DNA of 57,580 nucleotides, counting the filler, from Jimgerdemannia flammicorona (Eukaryota), in assembly GCA_003990765.1 (NCBI GenBank). It is 3 parts of 3 records of this genome, joined end to end, with 100 filler letters (N's around TTAATTAATTAA, not from the genome) between each part and the next. Parts side by side here need not be neighbours in the genome. Positions count along the whole stretch, not along the records: positions 38,458 to 57,580 come from RBNJ01002022.1; 2 more parts are not named here. One strand, written 5' to 3'. The translations under genes and the position numbers were made by a program. Shown here piece after piece: positions 39,450 to 52,182 of this stretch. The notes beneath the pieces were generated by a model. That model worked only from the letters and a program-made list of their open reading frames with translations. It ran no database searches and had not been told where the DNA came from. The stretch's first letter is position 1. The number at the start of each line of letters is the position of its first letter.

Positions 39450-42242
39450 TATAAGCTCTAAGTACCTAAATGATCTAGGACAACCAGCAGCTATCTTTCT
39501 AGTCTTAGTACCTTATAAAGCCCAAGCCTCAGTAGCTAAGTGACTTAACTCTACTGACTTAACTCTACTGACTATTACTGAACCTGAACTATTACTGCTC
39601 TATACTACTATTTTCAGAATAGTAAGGCTCACTATATTCTTAAAGAAGAAGTCAGAGAAACTCTCTATCAATAATTAGTATCTGAGCCAGAAGTAGGCTC
39701 AGTTAGAACTCTATCTAAACCTAAAACCAAACCAGAAACAAAATCAGACCTTGAAGAAGCTTTTGTTTTAAGCTAATCTGAGCTTCAGTATATATACAAC
39801 CAATACTATTTATTTCATATTAAATAAACCTAGCTACAATAAGACCAAAGTAAATAAGAGAAAAAGTATCTCACTGAATTTGATCTAGAATATACTGCTG
39901 AAGGAGATACACCTATCTTAGGACAAAACACACCTATAGAATAATAGATAGTTATCTACCAAACTCTTATATCAGCCCTATAACAGTTACTCTAGTAACT
40001 TATACAAATTAAGGAACACTATCATACTCCACACTAGAATCTCAAATTATATCAGTAACCCCACTATCAGTAGTCTAACTATCTTTAGTAAACAATATAG
40101 CAAATTAACAAATCTAGGATCTCATAGCCTAGATAATTATAATGGCAGCAATTATTACTACCTTAGCCAAGCAGATCAGGCTGTGAGTCTATCTACCTTT
40201 AATAGTACTATATGAGAAGTTCAAAGCTTTATTAATATAGTAGATACTAATTTCAAAACTAATCAAAAGACTAACAAGTAAGTTACTAATTATCTTCTAA
40301 TAAATAACCAAGACTATACTATCGAACAACTTTTTACTACTATCACAGCTTATATCTGAAGAGTTATTTCATTCTTCTGAGGACTTACTGAAGAATAGTA
40401 GTGAACACTTTCTGAAAAACTCCTCATATGAAATATCTAACCTGCAGTTATTACTCAAAATGTAATAAATAATACTCCTGAATATGGAGATTACCCCACA
40501 GCTCCTAGACTAAAATAACTCATAATTGTCCAATATTATAGTAAACTCTAATAGCTGAATTCTCAGTCAAACTCTATAATCTTAAATTTGATATATATAT
40601 TAGTTAAGAAGAATTTAAAATCTTTTATACAAAACTTGAGTCATTTTTAAATACTGTTAGCCTAGAATATATTATCAATAATAAAGTATAAAATAGTATA
40701 ATAGCAGACTATTTATTCAATACTCTATCAGAATAGCTTACTAGAAAAATCTAAGATTAAGGATATATAGTTGGTTGTGATCATCAATAATAGTGCCTGG
40801 CTAGAATCAAGACTATGATAAAGTAAATTCTAATAGCTAGACCTATTTTGCCTTAAAACAATTTCATAGATCTAATAAAGAAAAATCATAGATAAAAAAA
40901 AAAGAAATCAAGTATAAATCATCTAGAGCTCTATCAATATCTATATCTTAGACACTCTGAAATTCTGAATCTATCTAGCCAAGTACCTTTAAGAAACTTA
41001 CTAAAGGTGAAAGAAATGAACTTAAAAGAAGTGAAGTATACTTCTATCATCAAAAGACAGACATATGATCAGTATCTACCCTAACCAAAAACTCCAAACT
41101 ATAATATAAGTAACTGTCACCACTCTATACTCAACAATCTGACTATCAAAATACTAGACTTCATCAAGTTAAGAACAATAGCTATGGCCCCTACTAAAGA
41201 AAGCTAAAAAGCAGTCTGTTATAATCTATATATAGCTGAAGAAGCTATAGTATCTAACTGAGAAGTCAAGCAAGTCTATATAGAAATCAGTATTCAAATT
41301 TCTGAAAAGGATATACTATTACAGCCACCTAGCATTGAAAGAACTCTCAGTAGAAGGAGAAGTTATTGATAAGGACTATATAGACAAAATTATTGTCCTT
41401 ATTAGGAATTATAGTTGGATACTATTCAAGATCCTTATTAGTTACTATATTGCTCAGATCCTATTTAAGAAAATTAAGTCAACTTTGATAGTTAAGGAGG
41501 TCTCTGAGCTACTATCCACTATCTAAGATTCAAAAGGATTCAACTTATCAAACAAAACTCCAGCCCAATCTACTGCAAATAAGAAAGAATAATTCTATAA
41601 AAAAATCAAAGAAGAGTTCATATCTAGTGACTGATATCCTTATAGTATTGAAATGTACTCTTTCTAAATAATAAATAATTGCTTCTCATATATCAACAAA
41701 TTAGCCAAATAAAGAGCTAATAGAAGAAAATCATCTGTAACTATAGTTACTACTATTGGATCAGACAAATGCTTATACTATAAGTCTTTATTAATTGTGC
41801 TCTTGTTAAGATCATAATATACAGTAGTATGTCTGGCAATTTCATCAATAAAGAAACAGCCAACAGACTTAAAGTCCCGATCTCTCCAGTATAATAAACT
41901 TAAGTAGTTGCTACTACTAATAGAACCTTATATATCATTAGTAAGGAAGTCTGCAACCTACTCTTCAGAATTAGTAACTACTATATATATATTACACTCT
42001 AAATTATACTACTTTCTAACAATAAGTTCATTCTTAGAATACTATGGTTAAAACAAGAAACCCCTATAATAGATTGGGTGAACCACTCTTTGACCATTAA
42101 GAAAGAACATTATAATTTCAAACTATAAGACAAAAACAATGCACTCAGCTCTAGTGACTTAGGTCCAAAGATCACTCATATCAATAAGCTCTAACTTAAA
42201 AAATTAGTAAAGAAATGCTCTCTTTTTGCTATCTCTATATAT
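39450..42242 (+). mobile_element. Gypsy element D, heavily decayed relative of A (gag, dUTPase ~41210-41530, protease ~41780-42120)
   Basis: Collinear similarity to A 16-2900; VEGEVIDKDYIDKIIVLIRN..IAQILF (dUTPase, ORF 41335-41526); ILRILWLKQENPYNR-like protease end. Confidence 0.75.
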
Positions 42243-42450
42243 TGTGACATACACAATTGACAATGGAGTACCGGTGACTGCTAAGATCAGACGACATAAT
42301 GGCGTGACAATCAAATAGACAGCCTGACCCATTAGGTGATCATCCCAAAAGAAGACAAGATGATCCGAGCCAAAATGAAGACCATGTTATTTAAAGGAAC
42401 CATACTCCACCTCGGGGATCGGCACCAAAGAACCAAGTACCCACCACACA

Positions 42451-43437
42451 ATGCCTCCTATTCGCCGAACCAACCAGACCTCCCGCCACTCTACCCCTTT
42501 GCCTGGCCCAAAGACCCTGATCTTTGAAGCTATCAAGATGGCCATCTGGCGCCCAGATACTTCCGAACACTTGAACTTCTACACCGAGGACCTTGGACAC
42601 TTCATCAACTACCGGTATATCATGACCCAACAGCTCAAAGATACTACTGAACGAATGACCCTCTGGCATGACTATGAAATCAGATACCGTCTTTGCAATG
42701 AGACTCAAGAAGATGACTGGGAAGGCCTCATTACCAAATTGATAACCACTAGCCGGCTAATCAAGAGAGCCCTCCGTGTCCACCAAATCTTCCACCATAT
42801 TCCCTGGGCCATAGCATACTTGCAAGGAGTAATGGCTGGCAGCCTCTCCTGCCTTTCAACTGAAGATACTGACTGGATAGAATCTGAAGTAGCCAACGCT
42901 ATTGGCAGCAACTGCATCGCTATAGGAAGCCAACAAACTGAACCTACTCAGCCAGGTTTCCACACCACCCCACTCTGAGACAACCATCAAGGTCACCTAA
43001 TGAGTCTTATGGAGATATTTGAAGGACTGCCCATTACCATAGAAGCACCTGTTGGAGCTACCCCAACCACCCACCACCTTGTCAGCCACAATTCACACCT
43101 CATCATTTGGGAACCGAATCAAGAAGAAGCCCAAGAGGTTCCTGTCTTTGAAGAGGAGGCCCAAGAACTCCAAGGCCCTGCCCCTGAAGAAATCCCCTCT
43201 GACACTGAAACTGATGAGTCTTCAGAAGAAGAAGAGGAGCAACAGAGAGTCTACCAGTCCTCTGTCCGCATTCAAGCAATTCAGGGACTGGAAAATGTTG
43301 TTGAAGATGACTGGCCACTTTTCTACCCCCTCACCTCTTGGCCAGTGCTTCCCCCCTTTGAGGAGAGATATGATGAAGAAGAAATCACAACCCAGTAAGA
43401 TTTACCCACCGCAGATGAAGGGTACTATTCCCTCTAG
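42451..43437 (+). pseudogene. LTR(U3)-encoded ORF-U of element E, ~328 codons with two in-frame stops
   Basis: ORFs 42451-42978 and 43000-43398 share a frame; stops TGA (42976, likely from CGA) and TAA (43396; CAA in the 3' LTR copy). Confidence 0.8.
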
Positions 43438-43470
43438 AGTACTGCCCATCAGCCATGAGAACCCGGCTTT

Positions 43471-43731
43471 TGTCAGCAAGTCTGTTTCCAGCATTGCTAC
43501 CCAGTACCACCATTTTCAGCATTTTTGTCAGCAAGTCCATTTCCAGTGTTGCTACCCAGTACCACCGTTTACAGCATTTTTGTCAGCAGGTCCGAATTCA
43601 GCATTGCCACCCTCCACAACTGCTTCTGGCAACAATCATCATATCATGTCAGCTCATCCGAATCCAGCATTGCTACCCAGTACTACTATTTTCAGCATCT
43701 TGTCAGCAGGTCCGAATTCAGCATTGCTATC
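43471..43731 (+). repeat. Tandem ~55-bp repeats (about 4.5 units) upstream of the LTR TATA box
   Basis: Units starting TGTCAGC at 43471, 43526, 43581, 43647 and 43701. Confidence 0.85.
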
Positions 43732-44644
43732 TCTTATAACCCAATCCATAGTAAACAATAGCCTGCACCTCACATCGTGCAAGCCAATAGCATAGCAAAT
43801 GTTTGCCACAACATAGTATACCTTAGCCATGCCCATAGCTAGCAAACTTGTATAAATAACCCATATTCTTAGAGTGAATAAACCTCAGCCAGTTTGTGTT
43901 TAAAAGTAAAAAGGAATTACCGAGAAACCTCACTGCCTCAAAGAGACCAGATAAATTCTGAGAACAAGATAATAACCTAGAGCAACAGATCGCTCGGAAG
44001 TTTGAGTTAAAGAATTTTCTCTTGCCATGGAAAGAAAACATTACCCGACCGCTGCCATTCAAGACCCAAGACCCAGCCAAGGATTCAAGACTACGACCTC
44101 CATGTATTCAGACCGCCATTCAGACTGCCGCCATTTGACTGCCACTCGAGATTCAAGACCCAGAAACCCAAGGATACCCAGCCAAAGGATACTAGACCGC
44201 CAAAGACTGACCCACTGCCAAGATACTCGAATGACTGCCAAAGACCCAAGTTATCTCACCCTTTCAAGTTAACAAGTCAAGACAGACGAGCGAGCCGTCG
44301 ACTGATTCCCGACCTACTGCGCCACAAACTGCTTAAAGCCAAGGCCATTGCCACATAAATTCAAGTTCACCACCAAGTTAATCGCCACCAGGAATGCCCT
44401 TATCCACTAAACAATTGAGCCACCATCGTTGAACAACTGAATGACCTCATCATCAAACAATTGAGCCATTGTCAAACAATCGAGCTCCTGCTATTATCAA
44501 TTACTGCATGAATCGAACAACCTGTCATATGACCATCAACCCGCGAACATCACCAATGTCTTCAGTTATCCATCGCATGCTTCACTAGTGGCATACATTG
44601 AGCCGTGCAGTTGAAGTTCATTATACAAACTGCACGCCACATAT

Positions 44645-44662
44645 TGGGGGCTCCACCAGGAA
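44645..44662 (+). promoter_or_regulatory. Primer binding site of element E (tRNA-Pro-like)
   Basis: TGGGGGCTCCACCAGGAA, 3 nt after the LTR; resembles the tRNA-Pro PBS TGGGGGCTCGTCCGGGAT. Confidence 0.75.
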
Positions 44663-44710
44663 AGTTTTCAAAAGACTTGACCATTTGGCTCAAGAACCCA
44701 GCTATCTACA

Positions 44711-46550
44711 GTGAAGAACTTAGCAGGACCAAGTCAGCAACCAAACCAGGGGCAGCAACAGCCCTCCTCAGCAGAAAAGAAAGCCCACACCCTTGTCAGA
44801 ACAGTAGCCAGGACCCTATTCAACACCAGTAGCCAGAAAACCGAATCAGAAGAAAGAAGTGACCCAGATTATGGTTTGACTTCAAGAGAAAGGAGACGAC
44901 TCAGAGGACAACCAGAACTACCCCTTCAGATCCAAGACTTAGGCCAAGAAGAAGAAGCGGATATTCCCGAGGAGTATCAGACTCTTATCCATAGGAAGAA
45001 CTCAGACAGAAGTGACTACATAACTACTGTTGTTACTCAAGTCACTCCACTAGACTGGGTTTACTTTGAAACATCAGAAGGAGAAGAGGACTACCATCCA
45101 TATCAACCAGAGCAAGACAATGATTGGGGATCAGACCATCAAAGGGACGAATTCAACCTATACTATTATCCAGACAGCGACACAGACCCACAACAGGCAA
45201 ACAAGACTTCACTACTTCACAACAGCAAGGGGCAGATGAACTCACTATCAGTTATATCAGTCCACTCCCACCATCAGTTGCTTGAACTTCAGTACCCTGG
45301 TCACTCACACCTTGCCACTATCACCAGTCAATCAGAAGATCTCCACCACTATCCAGGACTTCAACCCCAGCATTAATTAGAAGAGCCAGATTACCCTCAC
45401 CCTCACCAAGACACCACCCTCTGCCAGCACCACTAGACCATCAAGTACTAGCACCACCACCTTCCCCATCACCCCAAGGATTTACCAGATCTCCTACCCC
45501 TGAACAATACTCAGATAGTGAAGATGAGCCAGATATGAGCTACCTTCAGAAGTTCCATGGTGCTGACAATGAAGATATCAAGGAATTCTTTGGAGAAATT
45601 GAAGTTCAAGCAGCTGCCAAACAATGGGATGCTGCAAGAAAACTCAGAATTGTGGAGTCACTTCTGAGAGGACCCGCCCTACAGAGATATAATCAAGCCA
45701 AGTAAGCCAGAGGAGGAATCCATATCGAGGAACTGAATGATGGCCTTCAACCTGATAGAAACCATGTAGCAAGATATATGATTCACAAAGCCTGGCTCCA
45801 TGCCCAGTTCAATGGATTCAAGCGCCAACAAGAAGCATAGAAGGCTTTGACCTATATGAGCCAAGCTGCCAATGAAACTCCCAAGTGTTTCTACCATTGG
45901 ATTCAAGCTCAAATGATTAAGGTGAACCTTCAACCAGCAGTTCAACTGGCTCTAGCCTCAACTACCTTCCTCAATGGCTTATACCCAGAACTCTGAAGGC
46001 AAGTTATCAGGATGGGATATCGAAACATTGAACAGCAAGTTGCTGGAGCACAAGGATGTTGGGAAGCAGATTATAGACCAGTACAACAAGTACAAGGCTA
46101 TCCTGAGCCAATCTGAGCTGAAACCCCACCTGCTTTAACTGTGGAAATCAAGGCCACATCCAGAGGAATTGTCCAAGGAACCAATCCACCCAGTCCAATG
46201 ACAGAAATATCAACCTCTTTCAGGTAGATGAAGAGACTCAGGAGATGGAAGAAGAAGCAGCCTGGCTCCATGATCAAGAGGACGACATCTACCCATACTT
46301 CGAGGCTTTTCCATCCAAGGTGACATAGGAAGCTGCCCCTGTAGAGACCAGAGGATGAGGAAGACCATGAAGGAATCCCCCATCTCAACTGCCAGTAACG
46401 GTATCCACTGGCAAGCATCCGTGACATGGCCATTCTTCTTCAGACACTCCACAAGAACAGGAGAAGTGAGTTAGAAGAGATACTCCTGAACCAGAAGCCG
46501 GACCATCTAGGACAACCCCCAGCTCTACCCTGCCAGACCTTGAAGAAGAT
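44711..46550 (+). pseudogene. gag: Gag of element E (long low-complexity N-terminus, capsid-like region from ~45535)
   Basis: QKFHGADNEDIKEFFGEIEVQAAAKQWD...LLRGPA and TFLNGLYPEL, typical retrotransposon capsid signatures. Confidence 0.75.
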
Positions 46551-46859
46551 GAGCATATGAGCATAGAATCTTCAGCTGACAAAATGCCCATCAGGAATGA
46601 GAAACTATATCCCAAGGGACCAAGACACCGAAGGAGCAGCAAGCCCCATACAGCAGCCTCACTTTGGGAACATATCCGCCTACAGAATGCTGGTCTTACA
46701 GTTGAGCAAGTCCTCAAGAATGTACCAGAGGTCAGGCGAAAATTCCTGAAAGAAGCCAAGGAAGATACCAAGAGACTTCCAGTCCAAGGACCACACACTC
46801 AAGAACCTAGCACTATCCACACAGTCCATGAGAGCCAGCGACATGAACATCAATCTACA

Positions 46860-47225
46860 AGACTTGCCAATGGAAAAGTGTATGGTGAAAATGCCAGAAT
46901 TCTTGTTGATACTGGAGCAGCAGTATGCATCATCACCCAAAGGATGTTGGAGCAAATTGGATGGGGAATATATGAAGGAACCAAAGCAAGAGTTATCATG
47001 GCCGACAGATCAGCTTCCACACCCCTTGGACTTGTCAGAGACATCCCCATTCAAGTTGGAAAGGCCTGCCTCAATGTACCCAAAGCTGTCATGACCCCCA
47101 CAACCTCCTATGATCTGATCCTGGGAACTGACTGGTTGAGCCGAGTTGGAGCCAATGTAGATATCAAGAAACAACTCCTGGTCTTCTCCATTCATGGACA
47201 GAAGCACAAGGTGCCCATTGACTTG
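46860..47225 (+). pseudogene. pol: Aspartic protease of element E
   Basis: ARILVDTGAAVCII and YDLILGTDWL within ORF 46557-47591. Confidence 0.93.
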
Positions 47226-48324
47226 AAAGGATCATCAAAAAGGACGAATCAAGCCTCAGAAACAGAATGGCAAGGACATGGTGACACCCCCACTACTACT
47301 GAGGATGAAAGCAAGGCAAATTTCCTGCAAGAACTAGGAAGTGATTTTGATACCCCAAGGGACCAAGAAAGCGAACAAGAAGACTCTTTCATTGGAGTTA
47401 TTGGTGTTGAAGGTCTGGAAGAAAGCATTGATAGAGCCATTAATGCAAGGGCAGTACTTGAGTTTGCAGGACCTTCTGCTCAACCACCACCACCACTGGT
47501 AGAAAATTGGATCATGCAAGCCTTTCATCGAGGCATATGTGAACATTTTATCAGCTTCCACTCACCAAGAGATGATTGCAGCAATTGCTGAATCCTGGAT
47601 CTCAAGAAGGTTCCAATGCCAGGAATTGATGATAAGGACGAATTGAATCAAGCACCATCCCACAGCCGAATACAACCTCCAACCCCGAAGACCTTCAAGA
47701 AGACCTATAAGGAAGGACAGAAGATCCTTGCCCACCAAACATTCGAGTCCCTTACCATCGAAGGAGAAAGCAACAGCTCTTACACTATCACCCAGGCCCT
47801 CCAGATCACACAGCCCACCTATGACAAGTATCGGAAGAGATTCCCTACCAGTAGGGAGGTCAAATAGTGAAATGAAGACTTTGTCAAGAAGGGACATTGT
47901 GATTGTGGAAAAACCTTTACCTGCTACTGGTGTGAACATCGAGATGTTCACCTCAGCGAAGATGTCTACAAGAGCTGAGTCAAGAGAAAGGATCCCACCC
48001 TGCAAGAACCTCGAATTCACTGGGCCTGTCGGAAGTACAAAGAAATCAACCATAAAGGAGATTGCAAGTTTAAGAGCAAGACCTCTATCTGGGACCTACC
48101 ATTAGAAGTTCTTGCTATCATTCGCTGGTACTGCTGCCCTCATCAAGGAAAAGAAGATATCAATCTTACCTTCCTCCTTATGGAAGCTCTGGACCTTCTA
48201 GGAAAGACTGGATTCAATTATACAAGAAACTCGAAGACAGGAGCTCACTGGCCTTTCTTCAAACCGGAGCACATGGACTTCTCACCTACAATGGCAACAG
48301 CTGAAGTGCCATTTCTCAAAGCTC

Positions 48325-48740
48325 AACCAATTATCCAGGTCAAGCTGCTTTCACCCTGGGCACAGCCATCTCTTGCACAAATAGAAGGATCAGTTGGTTA
48401 TGACCTCTGCCTCTCCTACTAAGCAAGAATTTAACCCAGAAGTACCAGGACTTTTGATCTATAGATCGCACTTGCTATACCATCTAGGCATTATGGACAA
48501 TTGGTCTCAAGATCCTCATGGGCAACCAAAGGAATCACAGTAGAAGGAGGAGTCATCGATCAGGACTACCGAGGTCCCTTGAAGGCCATTATCCACAATT
48601 CTAGTAGAACCAGCCAATTCTTCAGTCCTATGGAAGCCATCTGCCAAATCCTGTTTATCAAGACATCACAGCTGACCATCCAAGAGGTAGACCAACTAGA
48701 AGATACCAACAGAAGACAAGGAGGCTTTGGAAGCACCAAT
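48325..48740 (+). pseudogene. dut: dUTPase of element E, between protease and RT
   Basis: GSVGYDL, LVSRSSWA, GGVIDQDYRGPL, ICQIL and RRQGGFGST. Confidence 0.95.
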
Positions 48741-49329
48741 AGAAATCTACAGACACCACCTATCGAGGTTCATTTGGCAACAGTTGCTCAATTCCGACAA
48801 ATGAGACCCCATATCTGCTGCCCAATCCGAGCAAGAGAAGACATCCTCCTGCAGCCCTACCAGCAAAAAGGCCTAGATGTGCATCTACCAGTAGAAGCAA
48901 ACAACTTGATATTTGCACCATCACTGGAGCTTCAAAAGGAATACCACATCCTCCTGACTGAAGAACGAATTCATGACCAGATGTCACCAATCCACATCCC
49001 TATCAGAAACTCGGGCTTCGAAGTGATAACTATCCCCAAGGGAACAACACTGGGATATTTCGAACCACTGATAGACACCTACGAGAAAGAAGTCTTCGAA
49101 TTCTTGGGAAACGGCAAGCCCTCTCCAGTGAGACTGACGGTACCAGAGAGGAAGACTCAGCAAATTCAGCAATCAAAGCCGTTGACATCGAGACAACTCT
49201 AACCAAAGACCAGCAACAACAAATACAGGAGTTGATAGAAGAGTACAAAGATATATTTACCACCACATACAATAACTTCCCACCATATCAATATGGAGAA
49301 CACCCTATACATACCGGAAATGCAAGACT

Positions 49330-51857
49330 GATCTGACAACGACCCTACCGAACACCACATCATCTGATTGAATTTGAACAACAACACATAGATGAAATGC
49401 TATGAAATGGAGTCATCAGACCATCATCAAGCCCCTGGGCCTCACCAGCAATTATAGTACCAAAGAAAGGAGGATGGAGATTAGTCGTGGATTTCAGAAA
49501 ACTCAACAAAGTCACTACAGAAGATGCCTACCCACTGCCAAGAATTGATGACCTCATCAATGCCCTCGGAAAAGCCAAATACATGACCACTACCGACCAG
49601 TTCCAAGGATTCCAAGTAATACCCATTGTTAAAGAAGATATCTGCAAGACGGCCTTCATCACCAGATGAGGACAGTATGAATACCTACGAATGCCCTTTG
49701 GACTCTGTAATGCACCTGCCTCATTCCAACAAATGATGAACTATGTCTACTAGGACCTCATTGGAAGAAATGTACTAGTGTATATAGATGATGTCATCAT
49801 CTACTCTGAGACATTCAAGCAGTATTTGCAAGACCTCCGCGAAGTATTCAATACCATTCGAAATTCAGGACTCAGACTCAATGCCAAGAAGTGCTTCTTC
49901 GGAAAACATCAAGTCGAATATCTGTGATATGTTGTCTCAGCTCAAGGAACACATGCCGACCCCCGCAAGGTGGAGAAAGTCAAGAACTACCCAGCCCCGA
50001 CCTCAGCAAAGGAGACCCTATCCTTCCTTATGCTAACATCCTATTATCAGCGATTCATTCTAAGGTTTTCAGATAAGGCAGCACCTCTCCGAGATATCTC
50101 CAAGAAGGACCAACCATTCTACTGGAAAGAAGATCAACAAAAGTCATTTGACCTACTCAAGAAGGCCCTTACCAAAGCCCCCATCCTGGTGTGACCAGAC
50201 TTTGGCAAACCATTCATCCTGGCAACCGATGCCTCAGCCTTAGGACTTAAATCAATTCTGTCTCAGCAAGATGACCAGAAGAGGGAGCATGTTATTGAAT
50301 ATGCTAGCAAGGCTACGAATGAAATACAAGCGAACTATGGAGCCACTAAGTTGGAATGCCTAGCAGTAGTTTGGGCTGTGGACCACTTCCAACACTATCT
50401 CTTAGGAAAGAGATTTGCCCTCATCACTGACCATCAAGCTCTACAATGGTTGTTCAACAAGCCGGAGCCCTCAGGAATCTTCGCTAGATGGATCATATCT
50501 CTGTAAGAATATCAGTTCACTATTGTCTACAAGAAAGGTGCTAAGAATTCCAATGCCAATACCCTGTCAAGAATCCCGCAAAACCAACAAGAAGGGAAGG
50601 AGCCCCCACGAGAGAAGGCTGCTTCCCGCTCACCCAAATGAACCAAGAATTGCGCCTCACCCTCATCTGGAGTCTACACCATAGAAGCTTCAAGAAAGGA
50701 ATCCAACCAGCCCACAAGTTGTTTATCCAAAAGAATTTCAAGAAATTCCAAGAAGGCAATAGCAAACTTTGGAGAGTAGAAGGAGAGCAGTACACCCGAG
50801 TTCTAAGAGAAGAAGAAATATTGAAGATCCTGACAACAAATCATGACCAAAATGCACACCGAGAAATTGGCACCACAATCGCAAGAATCAAGAAGCAATA
50901 CTGGTGGCCCAAGATGAGAAAACAAATTTCAACCCACATTCAACAATGTGATACCTGCCAAAGATACCGACAAAAGCCTACTGACAGAGCACCATTAATA
51001 CCGATCACAGTGCCAGCTGGAGCCTTTCAAAGACTAGGAATAGACATTATTGGACCCCTATCAGTAACCAGCCGAGGAAGATGCTACATCCTCACTATTG
51101 AAGACTACCTGACAAAATGGCCTGAAGCCTTTGCCATTGAGACTGCCAATGCCCAGACAATTATTGGGATTCTATATGATGAAATTTTCAGCCGCCATGG
51201 TGTGCCCAAGGAAATCATTACAGACCAAGGCCGAGAATTCGTCAACCAAGCCATGAAGACCTTTGCGAGCAACTTCAAGATCAAGTTACGACCAACAACA
51301 GCCTACCACCCACAGGTAAATGGACTCACTGAATGAATGAACCAGACCATCAAGCAAGGTCTCAGTAGAACCAGAGATCAACTAAACTGGGATATCTATC
51401 TACCGGCAATTCTATTCAGTATCCGTACCTCTAAGGCAACTGCTACCCAACAGACCCCCTTCTATTTGGTGTATGGCTGAGAAGCACAAGATCCTACTGA
51501 ACCAGTCCAGCTAGATCTGTCAAAACGAGTCTCAGAAGAGATCACCCGGTTATACGATATATGCCAGCAAGCACGAGGATTTATCGCCAAGGCACAAGAA
51601 TGCCAAAGAGGTACTACGACCGCAAAGCCGACCTTGAACCCCTGCTCATTGGACAAAAGGTTCTAGTGTACTGTACCATTATAGAAGGAAATTGGAGTGC
51701 CAAGCTTGAACCAAAATGGGAAGGCCCCTATCTCATACACCAAGTATTCTCGAACCACACTTATCAACTCAAGACCTTGGATGGAGTTATACTCAAGACC
51801 AAGATACATCGCAACCGTATAAGACTCTACTACTCAAGAGAAGCAAAACATATTTGA
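49330..51857 (+). pseudogene. pol: RT, RNase H and integrase of element E
   Basis: DFRKLNKVT..YPLPRID and VYIDDVII (RT); LATDAS..ECLAVVWAV (RH); HDQNAH..CDTCQ, GIDIIGP, TDQGREF, YHPQVNGLTE and KWEGPY (IN). Confidence 0.95.
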
Positions 51858-52182
51858 ACAATCCTGTTCACTCTGTCTGTGTCATCTCCGCTAGAGATAT
51901 GACGGACATCTCACTTGGAACTCAAGAAAGCCAACAACGTTAGAACCAGACTCAAGCCCATCCACGTGACAGATATTGTTACTAAGAAATTGCCTTGGAT
52001 TACAAGTAATACTATTTCCGATGGGTTCGAACCCCCAGCCACGACTATGGGAGCCCTCGCCCTAGAGAAGGATGGCCAGTCCTCACAAATGTGCCAGCAT
52101 TCCGCTCATCCTTGGAGTTAAGACCACCCAACTCTGTATAACCCTCACCACCGAGGACAGCTCTAATTTTGCAAGAGACAGA

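Larger units (their letters stand above)
42243..44641 (+). repeat. 5' LTR of element E (2399 bp)
   Basis: Direct repeat of 52183-54586; TATAAATA 43851-43858 and AATAAA 43877-43882. Confidence 0.95.

Noticed and set aside
43471..43731. Regular repeats resembling a CRISPR array
   Set aside because: Head-to-tail units without unique spacers, inside a eukaryotic LTR, with no cas genes
43052..43795. 247-aa alternative-frame ORF in the LTR
   Set aside because: Runs through the tandem repeats, is truncated to 102 aa in the other LTR and has no homologue in A
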